A stretch of 64,000 bases of DNA. Origin: Promethearchaeota archaeon. GTDB lineage: Archaea; Asgardarchaeota; Lokiarchaeia; Sigyniarchaeales; SOKP01. The notes beneath the pieces are model-generated. The model worked only from the letters and a program-made list of their open reading frames with translations, searched no databases and was not told where the DNA came from. Below are positions 10,395 through 20,168 of this stretch, one piece after another. Position 1 is the first letter of the stretch. The number at the start of each line of letters is the position of its first letter. The translations under genes were made by a program, and so were the position numbers. The DNA is taken from NCBI GenBank assembly GCA_048941265.1, contig JBHLNT010000002.1, positions 20,087-84,086 on the forward strand, written 5' to 3'.

Positions 10395-11681
10395 TTAAAT
10401 TTTTTTTTTAATTATTCCTTTACTTGGGTCTTGATAATATAATGTATTAGGTGGAACATCTTCAATGACTATGGTATGGGCTCCGATTTTTGAATTTTCT
10501 CCTAAAAGTTTTCCAGTCATTATACTAACATTTATACCAGTTTTTACATTAGGTCCAATAATAGTACCCAATTTTCTCCGCTGTGAATCAATTAATTTTC
10601 CTTTTATTTTGACCTTAACATTGCCATCATCAAGTCTTAAATTAGCCACTTTTGTTCCCGCACCTAGATTGACATTTTCACAAATAATTGAATCCCCCAC
10701 ATAATTAAAGTGTGGAATATTAGAATCCGAATAAATAATAGAATTTTTCACTTCGCTAATTCCAATATGGCAATTATTTTCAATTGAAGTATTCGGTCTT
10801 ATAAATGCATTTGGTCCTATTATATTATTATTTCCTATATAGCATGGGCCCTGAATATAAGTACCGGATCGGACTATAGAATTTTTTCCAATATATACAT
10901 TTCCATTCATTTGTACGTTTGGCTCGACAGTACCAAGTATTTTTCCCTCTAAAGTTTTTAATATAAAGTTGTTTGCATCTAATAATTGCCAAGGGAGACC
11001 AATATCGCTCCAAAAGGTTTCTTTTATCGTATAGCCAATAATTCTCCCATTTAATTGGTTAATTAATAGTTCCATAGAATCAGTGAATTCATATTCTTCT
11101 CTTACAGACTTTTTAGTCATTTCAATAGCTTTAAATATTAGAGAATTAAAAATAAAAATTCCTGCGTTCGCTAAATTTCCTAAATTTAACTCTGGAGAAG
11201 GTTTTTCAGTAATTTTTTCCACATATCCATTGGAGTTGAGGGTAATTATTCCAAAATCTTGAGGGTTATGTACCTCAATTAAGGAAATTAATCCTGCAGC
11301 TTTAGAATCATTGAACTTTTCCACAACTTCTTTAAAGACGATTGGATCTACAAGGATATCCCCGTACATCATTAAAAACGTTTCGTTCTTTATAAAATCC
11401 TTGGCATAGTTAGCAGCATGTGCAGTTCCTAAATATTGCTTCTGGGTAATATATTTAATTTTAATATTGAATTTATCAATCCCATTGCCAAAATAGTTTT
11501 TAATTAATTCTTCTTTATATCCGACTATTAGTAAAACTTCATCTATTCCTGCAGCTTTTAATCCTAAAATAGTGTGTTCTAATAATGGTTTACCGGCAAT
11601 AGGTAATAAGGGTTTAGGACGAGATGAGGTTATCGGGCGTAATCTCTTACCTTCTCCTGCCGCCAGTATAACAGCTTTCAT
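10395..11681 (-). CDS. glmU: Archaeal bifunctional sugar-1-phosphate nucleotidyltransferase/acetyltransferase (GlmU)
   Basis: LAAGEGKRLRP...RPKPL, LGTAHA, EKP, hexapeptide repeats, HFNYVGDS and NLGAGTKVANLR. Confidence 0.92.
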   Translation of the reverse strand: MKAVILAAGEGKRLRPITSSRPKPLLPIAGKPLLEHTILGLKAAGIDEVLLIVGYKEELIKNYFGNGIDKFNIKIKYITQKQYLGTAHAANYAKDFIKNETFLMMYGDILVDPIVFKEVVEKFNDSKAAGLISLIEVHNPQDFGIITLNSNGYVEKITEKPSPELNLGNLANAGIFIFNSLIFKAIEMTKKSVREEYEFTDSMELLINQLNGRIIGYTIKETFWSDIGLPWQLLDANNFILKTLEGKILGTVEPNVQMNGNVYIGKNSIVRSGTYIQGPCYIGNNNIIGPNAFIRPNTSIENNCHIGISEVKNSIIYSDSNIPHFNYVGDSIICENVNLGAGTKVANLRLDDGNVKVKIKGKLIDSQRRKLGTIIGPNVKTGINVSIMTGKLLGENSKIGAHTIVIEDVPPNTLYYQDPSKGIIKKKI

Positions 11682-11813
11682 TATTGAAATAAATTGATAA
11701 TTATATTAAAAGATTCTTTTAATCTTTTAGAGAAGAAAATTTAGGCATCTAAAAGTTTTTTATAGTAAGATCTGTAATATATTATTTATACAACTCTGTG
11801 AGGAAGAAATTTC

Positions 11814-12392
11814 ATGGTTAAATTATCTGATGAAGCAAGAAAATTAATAGAAAAGTATCAAAAAACTGAGAAACAGAGAGAATTTCAGTTTGATTTTTTT
11901 GTTGATCAATCAAATTACGAGAAATGGGAAGATGTCGTGATAGGAACGGAGGGTTTCGGAGAAAGAACCTTTGAAGTAAAAAAAGAGGATGTCGATGCCT
12001 ATGTGGATTGCACTATGGAAGAGAATCCGGTTTTTAAGAATGAAGAATTCGCAAAAAAAACTCCTTGGGGTGGATTAATCGCTCCTCCCATGTTCATAAC
12101 ACCTGTAATCTTTTGGATTGCTGGCACGGGTTCCGGAAGTTGGATAAGAACCCCAGGTGCAATTAATCCCGGCCAAAAAATAGAATTCTATGAACCTATT
12201 CGAGTAGGAGATGTAATAACAATTAGATCAGAAGCTTATGATAAATATTTAAAAAGAGGAAAACGCTACCTTACCTATTATTCGGAATTTACAAATCAAA
12301 GGGGAGAGCTTGTTGCAAAGTGGTGGGGAACTTTAATACTGCCTTTTTCTAAAGATGAAGAGGAACACAAAATTGAAGGAGGGAAGAAATAA
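11814..12392 (+). CDS. MaoC/FAS1-dehydratase-like hotdog-fold protein (probable non-catalytic partner subunit)
   Basis: EENPVF...A..TPWGGLIAPP and IEFYEPIRVGD; lacks the D-x4-H catalytic pair; its stop overlaps the next ATG. Confidence 0.75.
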   Translation: MVKLSDEARKLIEKYQKTEKQREFQFDFFVDQSNYEKWEDVVIGTEGFGERTFEVKKEDVDAYVDCTMEENPVFKNEEFAKKTPWGGLIAPPMFITPVIFWIAGTGSGSWIRTPGAINPGQKIEFYEPIRVGDVITIRSEAYDKYLKRGKRYLTYYSEFTNQRGELVAKWWGTLILPFSKDEEEHKIEGGKK

Positions 12393-12829
12393 TGTCTAAA
12401 AGCATAAAATTTGAAGAAATAGCATTGGATTACGAGTTACCGACCTTACAAAGGAAAATTTCACAAGAAGTTATCTCAATGTTTGGTTGCGGTTCCCTCG
12501 ATTTCAATCCAATTCATATGGACCCTGTCTGGGCGAAAGAGGTAAAACTCTTCGGTTTCGGTAAGACGATTGGTCATGGGCAATTAACTATTGCACTTTT
12601 AACCCAAGTAATTACCAATTGGTGTTATATTGAGGGTGGGAGACTTAAATCACTCGATATAAAACTTATCTTGCCATTATTTTCTGGAGATACAGTAATA
12701 TGTGGAGGAAAAATAGTCGCAAAACATCCAAGAAAAAAAGAATTGAGTTTTGTGGACTTAGAACTATATGCTGATAACCAAAAAAAGAAAAGGGTAGCTG
12801 TAGGTAAAGCCCAGGTATATTTACCGTAA
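12392..12829 (+). CDS. MaoC-family (R)-specific enoyl-CoA hydratase/dehydratase
   Basis: Catalytic motif DFNPIH plus IGHG; translationally coupled to the upstream hotdog gene. Confidence 0.85.
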   Translation: MSKSIKFEEIALDYELPTLQRKISQEVISMFGCGSLDFNPIHMDPVWAKEVKLFGFGKTIGHGQLTIALLTQVITNWCYIEGGRLKSLDIKLILPLFSGDTVICGGKIVAKHPRKKELSFVDLELYADNQKKKRVAVGKAQVYLP

Positions 12830-12830
12830 A

Positions 12831-14333
12831 TTATGAAGTTAAACGCTTAATATCAAATATATGAGCTTTCCATGGAAGTAAATCTATATATAAACCAAAT
12901 TTACCGAGATTTTGACCATTATATGTATAAGTTTTCTGTGTTAACAAATCACTGAAATTCCAATCACTAATCCCATAGTCTATTTCATCAATTCTGATAT
13001 GACCTTGAGAGGGATAAGGACTGAAATTAACTACTATTAGTTGATATAGTTCATTTACAAACCATAAATAAGTAATTAAATTTGTAGATGAACGATTTTC
13101 ATTGCTAATTTGATCAACTCTACAAAGTGACCATCTAGCAAAATTAAATTCTCTTCCAGGTGCGGCTTTTAACAGGTTTTCATAGAATTTTGTGATATTT
13201 GGATTTTTTTCTTCAAGGAATCGTCTGCCTAATTGAATTGGCAATTTAATTGTGTATCCATACACTTGTCCTTCATGGACTAATCTTGCTCCTGGTAGAG
13301 TTAATGCAATTACTGCTGCTGCTTTAGACTTTTTTTCTCCAAATACTTCAATAGCTCTTTTCTCATCATGGTTTTCAATAAATCTAACTAATTTTGTTTG
13401 ATAATCCCATTCTGCTTTAAGATGTTCTCTAATAAATGATGCCTTATCATGAATCATTCGATCATATAACCGCTTGTCATAACAGAAATCAAAACCTTGT
13501 TGCTGTAATTCCCATTCCATATCCCAATATACCTCGGCTAAAAATTTAAACCTAGGGGATTTATTTCGAACAGCTTCAATAACCTCGACCCAAAACTCCT
13601 TCTGTGGAATTGGCACCGCTCTTTCACCCCAGGTCTTAGAAAATACTTTATTAGTCATGAGCATTGCCATATCACAGCGGACACCATCACAATGCTCCGC
13701 AATTTCTGATAGTGTGAAAATTGCCTTTTCTCTGGCTTCAGAAGAAAATGCATTAATTTGGATTGTATCTGTCCAAGAAGGAAAGTAAGGATCCTTTCCA
13801 TTAGCATAGACTTGATCAACTGCCTTAAAAAATTCATTGGGGCTCGAGACCAAATCTTCTTCAGTTCCCTTAATAAAAAGATCTGTTTTTAGTAAGGTCC
13901 ACATATGATCGACAGCAACATGGTTAGGAACATAATCCAAAATTAGAAGCATACCGCGATCTTTTAATTTCTCTCGAAAAGAATCTAAACCTGCATTTCC
14001 ACCTAGATATTTATCAACACGATAATAATGAACAGAGTAAGGTGACCCTACAATATCGTCTTTACTTAAATCTTTTAGAGCTTTTCGATATTCATCCTGC
14101 AAATCTGGATGTTCAATCGCAATATTTCTGCCCTGTGGGCTTCTTTCCCACACCCCCATAAGCCAAATTACATTAAAATATTTAAAATCATTCTCTAAAA
14201 CTTCATCAGGTATATTATTTAACTTAATTAACTTGTTTAACTTATATTTTTCCGATAAACTATTAAGCCACGGCCACGTATTAATCTCGAGAATTTTAGG
14301 ATGTTTAGGCCAATTTATTTCTCGTGACGACAT
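12831..14333 (-). CDS. GH13 alpha-amylase-family glycoside hydrolase
   Basis: Conserved regions DYVPNH, GVRCDMA (nucleophile Asp), AEVYW (acid/base Glu) and FIENHDE. Confidence 0.9.
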   Translation of the reverse strand: MSSREINWPKHPKILEINTWPWLNSLSEKYKLNKLIKLNNIPDEVLENDFKYFNVIWLMGVWERSPQGRNIAIEHPDLQDEYRKALKDLSKDDIVGSPYSVHYYRVDKYLGGNAGLDSFREKLKDRGMLLILDYVPNHVAVDHMWTLLKTDLFIKGTEEDLVSSPNEFFKAVDQVYANGKDPYFPSWTDTIQINAFSSEAREKAIFTLSEIAEHCDGVRCDMAMLMTNKVFSKTWGERAVPIPQKEFWVEVIEAVRNKSPRFKFLAEVYWDMEWELQQQGFDFCYDKRLYDRMIHDKASFIREHLKAEWDYQTKLVRFIENHDEKRAIEVFGEKKSKAAAVIALTLPGARLVHEGQVYGYTIKLPIQLGRRFLEEKNPNITKFYENLLKAAPGREFNFARWSLCRVDQISNENRSSTNLITYLWFVNELYQLIVVNFSPYPSQGHIRIDEIDYGISDWNFSDLLTQKTYTYNGQNLGKFGLYIDLLPWKAHIFDIKRLTS

Positions 14334-14486
14334 TTTGGTAATTAATATTTTTTAAGGTGATTTAATTGATTAAAGAAGAAGATATGCTACCTTATATTTA
14401 AATCAGATTTTAATTAAAAATTAGTTATTAATATTTTATTTTACAATTTTACTATTTCTAAAAATAAGGAAAACAATCTAACAAAA

Positions 14487-14825
14487 TTATTTTTTATATT
14501 CAATAAATGATGTGAATTCTCTCCCCTGTGCTCTAATTATACAACGTTTTTCTTTAGAAGATAGTTTTATAAGAGCTTCATCAATAACCTCAATCGGGAT
14601 CCCCTCTTTTGGCAATACTTCATGAAACCATTTCGAAATTGCCATGTAATATCTTTCTACGTTATCTCCTTCCATATTTGGAGTTATTTTACCCGAGATC
14701 AAATCAACTTCAATATCAAATTCAGGAGTATAATGTTCAAAAGGATCAAGGAGGTATCCTATATCATCACTAGTTGAGGTTCTGATAGCATTATAAGCCA
14801 CAGACTTTAATTTATTTAATTTCAT
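14487..14825 (-). CDS. Hypothetical protein
   Basis: 112-aa ORF with an SD-like GAGGTGGGAG upstream, directly downstream of the MaoC gene. Confidence 0.7.
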   Translation of the reverse strand: MKLNKLKSVAYNAIRTSTSDDIGYLLDPFEHYTPEFDIEVDLISGKITPNMEGDNVERYYMAISKWFHEVLPKEGIPIEVIDEALIKLSSKEKRCIIRAQGREFTSFIEYKK

Positions 14826-14845
14826 ATTTAATCTCCCACCTCAAT

Positions 14846-15262
14846 TTAATAGGGGATACATATTGCTTCACTCTCACATACACATTCTCCATTTTCATTA
14901 TAACAAGTCATTGAGAAAATTAAACGTTTCTGTTTTTTATCTACTTCAGTAATAGTTGCGATGGCATGAATTGTATCTCCAAAAAATACTGGCCTTAAAA
15001 ACTTAAATGAAATTGCTTCAGCAAGACAACCTGGTCCGGGAAAAAGATCGCCTCCAAAATGGCTAATCATTCCTCCTATCAGAAGTCCGTGAACAATAGG
15101 CTTTTTGAACCGAGTGTTCCTTATAAATTCCCCGTTATAATGAAATGGATTATGATCACCAATTAAATCCGCCATAATTTCAGTTTCTTCTTGAGTAAAG
15201 GTATGGGAAAATTCAGCTTTCATACCTACCTCAAATTCATCAATAGTTCGACCAATTTTCAT
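14846..15262 (-). CDS. MaoC-family (R)-specific enoyl-CoA hydratase (PhaJ-like)
   Basis: GDHNPFH, IVHG, FPGPG and FLRPVFFGD. Confidence 0.9.
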   Translation of the reverse strand: MKIGRTIDEFEVGMKAEFSHTFTQEETEIMADLIGDHNPFHYNGEFIRNTRFKKPIVHGLLIGGMISHFGGDLFPGPGCLAEAISFKFLRPVFFGDTIHAIATITEVDKKQKRLIFSMTCYNENGECVCESEAICIPY

Positions 15263-15436
15263 GATTTAGAAATATATAAAACCAAAAATAAAATTTGTTT
15301 TTTTTAGAAACAGCTATAAATTCACTAAAACTAAAATATAAAAAGAAGTTTTAGTATCTTTTATTAAACAAATACATATATATTACTAAAATATCTTAAT
15401 TATAATAAGAATTAAAATAAAAGAGAACAAGCCGTA

Positions 15437-16018
15437 ATGTCAGAATCAGAAAAAGAAGCGTTAAGAAAGTTAGTTATGATTATTTCAGATTTACGTGCGA
15501 AAGATGAAGAACGTTATGAAGCGCACGTAAACTTTATGAATGAAACAATAAAAATGATAAGAGCAATCGAGTCTCAAATGAATAAACACTGGGAAACAGT
15601 TTTAGATTCATTAAAAGATTTGAATGAAAGTATAAATGCTAATTTAGACTCTTTACTTACAGGTATTAACCCGAAAGGTTTAAGAGAAACTTCAAAATCT
15701 TTAAGAGAAATCATGGATACTATGAATAAAAGCGTTCAATCTATGAATCTTGAGAAAGTGTTAAGTGAATTAAAGATTCTACAATCAGGTACCTATGCAG
15801 TTCCCATAGCAATTCAAGGTGCTCAACAACAACCAGAACCTATAACCGCAGGTGCTGGTTTAACTCCTCCTCCTGGATTAACAGCTCCAGCGGGAGCAAA
15901 GGCACCTGCTGCATCATCAGAATCAACCCAGTGGGTTGATCCCTCAGAAGCAGCAAAAAAGAAAAAGGAAGAAGAAGAACCTCACTTATTAAAGCCTTCG
16001 GATCTATGGGGGAGTTAA
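15437..16018 (+). CDS. Hypothetical protein: helical/coiled-coil N-terminus, Pro/Ala-rich linker, short C-terminal motif
   Basis: Heptad-like N-terminal ~115 aa, then TPPPGLTAPAGAKAPAA and the terminus EEEEPHLLKPSDLWGS. Confidence 0.75.
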   Translation: MSESEKEALRKLVMIISDLRAKDEERYEAHVNFMNETIKMIRAIESQMNKHWETVLDSLKDLNESINANLDSLLTGINPKGLRETSKSLREIMDTMNKSVQSMNLEKVLSELKILQSGTYAVPIAIQGAQQQPEPITAGAGLTPPPGLTAPAGAKAPAASSESTQWVDPSEAAKKKKEEEEPHLLKPSDLWGS

Positions 16019-16050
16019 TTTTCTATTTTTTCTTATTAAAACTTCATTTC

Positions 16051-17400
16051 TCATTTGAACATTTGCATAAAAGAACTCAATTGAGTTCTAATTTGTTCAA
16101 CATCTTCTCCAATTTTTTTAAAGCTTATTACAAATGCAGGAATATCAAGTTCATTTCTTATTCTCTGTTGTAAAGTAGAGTAAATATTCGATAATGTATG
16201 GCACCCAAATACTTGATTGAAAATGAATCCGTCAATATTCACTTTTTTAGCTGTTTTTATATAGGACTTAGTTAAATTCTCACTATCACATCCTATTCCT
16301 TTTCTGGAAGCATCTAAAAGAAATCGCGCATAATCTTCAATAGGATCCGAATTATTTGACACAGGTATTTCTTCAAGAAATCCTAAGATATCCCAGTCTG
16401 CATATAAAACTCTGCCTCCTAATTCATAAATGATTTCATGAATATATGGTTCCCACCCCCCATACATCGGAGTTAGAATAATTCTAGGCATATTACTAAC
16501 ATCCATTCCAATTCTATTTCTAATTCTTTCTCTCATCTCTTTTACTAATTGACTCATATTTTCTAAATATCTCTGAGCGTTAGAATTATAATCTTGAAAT
16601 GTGATTGTTAGCAATGCCAAAATTTCGGCAAAAGTTGCCGGATTACAGGGATAAAAATCGGAGGCACTTATTTCATAAAGAACTGTTTTATAAAACCTTT
16701 TAACCTGGTTTCCTATACGATATTGCTTTTTTAGACTATTGTCAGTAATTACATTACCGGTAATATTTTCGATTTCAGTTATTGCCCTCTTAAGATTATC
16801 TACCATAATTTCTAAAGCCCTTTTATTATTCCCTATCTCTTTAGGAGGTATGTCAATCCAAATCTGGTTAGGGACTATTAATTTTAACGATTCTGAGAAC
16901 CTATTCCATTCACTACAGCGTATAGCAAAATTAAGATTTGCATTGATATCTTTTCCCTTTGAAATATGCATCCCATAAAGTGTTTTTATACCATAACACA
17001 ATTCAGTCGGAACAGCATTCTCTTCTGCTAAATCGTACATTTCGTTATATTTTTTATTGGTAGAACTGATAACATCACTAATAATATGATCCGCAACCTT
17101 TAATACGTCAAACTTTCTAAGTTGTTCTAATAATTTCGATGTTAAATCCCAGCCTAAAAAAGAGGTGGCAGAATTTAAAGCTAATAGAGTTTTATTAATC
17201 TTAAACGATTCCATTCGAATGGGTAAAACGGGTATAGAATCGGCAGCAAATACTAAATCTGGAAAACCTAACGCGACAGAGATTAGGTTTTTCCTCTCCC
17301 TAATCTTTTTCTTTCTTAGATACTCTCTACCAGTCAAGAAATTATACGCAATCTTTAATACAGAGGTAAAACTTACAACGTCATCGGCGTATATACTCAT
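16051..17400 (-). CDS. 2-hydroxyacyl-CoA dehydratase-family subunit (HGD-D), paralogue of 17572..18927
   Basis: Three cluster cysteines (ELCYG, IRCSE, FGCHT) and C-terminal EQIRTQLSSFMQM. Confidence 0.8.
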   Translation of the reverse strand: MSIYADDVVSFTSVLKIAYNFLTGREYLRKKKIRERKNLISVALGFPDLVFAADSIPVLPIRMESFKINKTLLALNSATSFLGWDLTSKLLEQLRKFDVLKVADHIISDVISSTNKKYNEMYDLAEENAVPTELCYGIKTLYGMHISKGKDINANLNFAIRCSEWNRFSESLKLIVPNQIWIDIPPKEIGNNKRALEIMVDNLKRAITEIENITGNVITDNSLKKQYRIGNQVKRFYKTVLYEISASDFYPCNPATFAEILALLTITFQDYNSNAQRYLENMSQLVKEMRERIRNRIGMDVSNMPRIILTPMYGGWEPYIHEIIYELGGRVLYADWDILGFLEEIPVSNNSDPIEDYARFLLDASRKGIGCDSENLTKSYIKTAKKVNIDGFIFNQVFGCHTLSNIYSTLQQRIRNELDIPAFVISFKKIGEDVEQIRTQLSSFMQMFK

Positions 17401-17571
17401 TTTCCAATAAACTCCAATGCTGCCTTTATTTTTATAGATAGATGAGAATTAATATTTTAAAATTATAATAGTTTTGTAATAAAACTTTTGAGAATATTTA
17501 AGAAAATAAGAAGATTAATTGTTACTTTTAAGAGTATGAAAGATATAAGAGAGATTTTCTTACGGAAAGTT

Positions 17572-18927
17572 TTAATTGAACATTTCCATAAAAGCTCCTA
17601 AGCGGGTCTTAACTTGTTCCACATTTTCACCAATCTTATTAAAAGTGAGAGCTGTTGTAGGAATCTCAAGTTCTCGGCGGATCTTTTCTCTTAACATCGC
17701 ATAACAATTTGATATTGAATGGCAGCCAAATAATTGAATGAAAATTAAGCCGTTAGCTTTCATTTGTTCCGCATTTCTTAAATATGAATTTGTCAGCGTG
17801 TTATTATCACACCCCACTCCCATAGAGGTTGCTTTTTGCAGATATTTTGCATATTCTTCGATAGGATTTGAGCTCCTTGAAACATTTATTTCTTCTAAAA
17901 GGCAGAGCATATCCCAATCGGCATATAATGCCCGTCCTCCTAATTCATAGATAATTTCGGTTATCTGCGGTTCCCATCCTCCAAACATGGGGGTTACCAA
18001 GATTTTAGGTCTATCGCTTACATCCATTCCAATACCATTTCTTATCCTATCTTTCATTTCACTCACTAAATGGTTCATATTATCTGCATATCTCTGAGCA
18101 TTTGAGTTGTAATCCTGGAAGGTGTGATTTAATAGAACCAAGATTTCAGCAAAAGTTGCCGGATTACAGGGATAAAAATCAGAAGTGCCTATATCGTGTA
18201 AAATTGTTTTATAACATTTCTTTACTTGATTGCTGATTTGGAAATGTTCCCGTAGTCTATTATCGCTACATGTGATTCCTGTTAAATTTTCTAATTGATT
18301 AATTGCCTTTGAAATATTATCCATTAATATTTCCAAGGAATTCCCGATATTTCTCGGTGGAATATCCACCCATATCTGTTTCGGAGGATGTTCAATTGTT
18401 TTTAAACTTTCTAAGTATTTATTATAAGCGCTACATCGGATTGTAAAATTTAAAACCGCATCGCAATTCTTTCCTTTTGACACATGCATTCCATATAGAG
18501 ATTTTATTCCATAACAGAAATCGCTGGAAATGCCACTTTCAATCCCAAGTTCATAAACTTCATTGTATTTTCTATTAATTACGTCGATAGCATCATCAAT
18601 GATTTTATCCACCGTTTTACTAAGCTCATTTATGCCCGAGCTCTTAATAAACCCTAAAAAGTCAGAGACCTGTTTCCATCCGAAAATACTTCCAGCAGAA
18701 CCTAAATACACGAGATATTTATTTATGTCAAGAATTTCCATTCTAATCGGAAAGACAGGAATTCCCCCAGCAGCAAAAGCTAAATCCGAAAATGGCAGGG
18801 CAATGGATATTAATTTTTTCTTCTCCCTAAATTTTTTCCTCTTCAGGTAGTCTCTGCCGGCTAAGAAATTATAAGCTATTTTTAACACAGAACTGAACCT
18901 TACAATATCATCAGCAAAAACGCTCAT
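17572..18927 (-). CDS. 2-hydroxyacyl-CoA dehydratase-family subunit (HGD-D)
   Basis: DFCYG, IRCSA and FGCHS cysteines; C-terminal EQVKTRLGAFMEM signature. Confidence 0.85.
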   Translation of the reverse strand: MSVFADDIVRFSSVLKIAYNFLAGRDYLKRKKFREKKKLISIALPFSDLAFAAGGIPVFPIRMEILDINKYLVYLGSAGSIFGWKQVSDFLGFIKSSGINELSKTVDKIIDDAIDVINRKYNEVYELGIESGISSDFCYGIKSLYGMHVSKGKNCDAVLNFTIRCSAYNKYLESLKTIEHPPKQIWVDIPPRNIGNSLEILMDNISKAINQLENLTGITCSDNRLREHFQISNQVKKCYKTILHDIGTSDFYPCNPATFAEILVLLNHTFQDYNSNAQRYADNMNHLVSEMKDRIRNGIGMDVSDRPKILVTPMFGGWEPQITEIIYELGGRALYADWDMLCLLEEINVSRSSNPIEEYAKYLQKATSMGVGCDNNTLTNSYLRNAEQMKANGLIFIQLFGCHSISNCYAMLREKIRRELEIPTTALTFNKIGENVEQVKTRLGAFMEMFN

Positions 18928-18930
18928 TTT

Positions 18931-20067
18931 TTAAATCATCTCCAAAAATGCCTCTATTCGTGTAGTTAATTGTCCCCGGATTGATTTACTATAATCGCGT
19001 TCCAAGTTCAGCACCTGAATTTCTTTTTCTTGCAGTCTATTCTTCAAAAACACAGACATGATTGAAATATGATCGCAAAATTTTATGATGTGATTTATAA
19101 CTGCCAATTTTTTACCCGTCTTTTGTTTATAGTTTTTATAAATTTTCTCAATTTGTGTAATTTTATTTTCTAAATAAAAAGGAACCGAATGATCTCCAAA
19201 TACGTTATTCTTAAATCTATGGACTAATAATTCGATTGGGTCTGAAATGGAGTTTAGAATATTATCTTCAAAAATTTGTGAAAAATATCTATTCCCAATC
19301 CACGTATCGAAAATTACAATATTCCCTCCACTTTCCTCAATTAAGTCGCCTAAATAATCCCCAATAAACACGGAGCATCCGGTTAGGATTAAGTCCTTTG
19401 AATTACATAGTCCCTGGTCTTCATTACTTATATTATCTTGAGTTAGTTTTTCTAATTCCGGCAGGAAATCAGGACCGTATAGCATTGCTTTTTGAAAAAT
19501 TTCTAATTTCTTAGTACCGCTCAACTTACTTTCATTGAGTTCAGAAAGTTTTTTCTTAAATCTATTATATTTTTTAATACTTTCTAATAAGTCATGATTG
19601 TTTATTTCAGAACCTTTTATCTTTTCTAATTGACTTTTAAAATCTAACAATTCGAGGTTATAATACTTAAACGCATTATCATCCTGGGTATAAGAGATAT
19701 AAAAGTTCAGTCTGGGAATTGAAAAATACTTTGAAATGATTTCTGACGCACATATATTAAGAACACAGTGATTCGAAATAACAAAATAATCAATCAGTTC
19801 TAAAAAATTAAATTGGCTTGGTTTTATGGAAAACAATCCAATACAACTCTGAGCAAAACTACAAGTAGATGGCGGTAAATAGTCATGGCTCGCATTCATT
19901 AACTCATCATTTCCCGCAAAGAGAAGAGTTAAAGGAAAAAAGCCTGCCGCGTCAATTAATTCTTCCGGGATATTTTCATGTGCCATAAAAGCGACAATTT
20001 TTTTTCCTTCTCGTTTTTTCTCTTTTAAGAAACTATGAAATTCAGCCAAAAATTCTGAATGATTCAT
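18931..20067 (-). CDS. 2-hydroxyacyl-CoA dehydratase-family subunit (beta/HgdB-like)
   Basis: IPEELIDAAG, STCS, NHC, KFCD and GQLTTRIEAFLEMI. ATG at 20067 preferred; TTG at 20079 is an alternative. Confidence 0.88.
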   Translation of the reverse strand: MNHSEFLAEFHSFLKEKKREGKKIVAFMAHENIPEELIDAAGFFPLTLLFAGNDELMNASHDYLPPSTCSFAQSCIGLFSIKPSQFNFLELIDYFVISNHCVLNICASEIISKYFSIPRLNFYISYTQDDNAFKYYNLELLDFKSQLEKIKGSEINNHDLLESIKKYNRFKKKLSELNESKLSGTKKLEIFQKAMLYGPDFLPELEKLTQDNISNEDQGLCNSKDLILTGCSVFIGDYLGDLIEESGGNIVIFDTWIGNRYFSQIFEDNILNSISDPIELLVHRFKNNVFGDHSVPFYLENKITQIEKIYKNYKQKTGKKLAVINHIIKFCDHISIMSVFLKNRLQEKEIQVLNLERDYSKSIRGQLTTRIEAFLEMI

Positions 20068-20073
20068 TTTTAT

Positions 20074-20134
20074 ATTCAAAATAAAATTCTTTTATTAAAC
20101 TTTTTGACCATAAAACGAGTATGTAAAATGTTTT
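20074..20134 (+). repeat. 61-bp imperfect direct repeat, copy 1
   Basis: ATTCAAAATAAAATTCT...GAGTATGTAAAATGTTTT aligns without gaps to 21288-21348 at 54 of 61 positions (counted by hand). Confidence 0.85.
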
Positions 20135-20168
20135 GAATATAAAAATAATACAAATCAACTAATTATTC

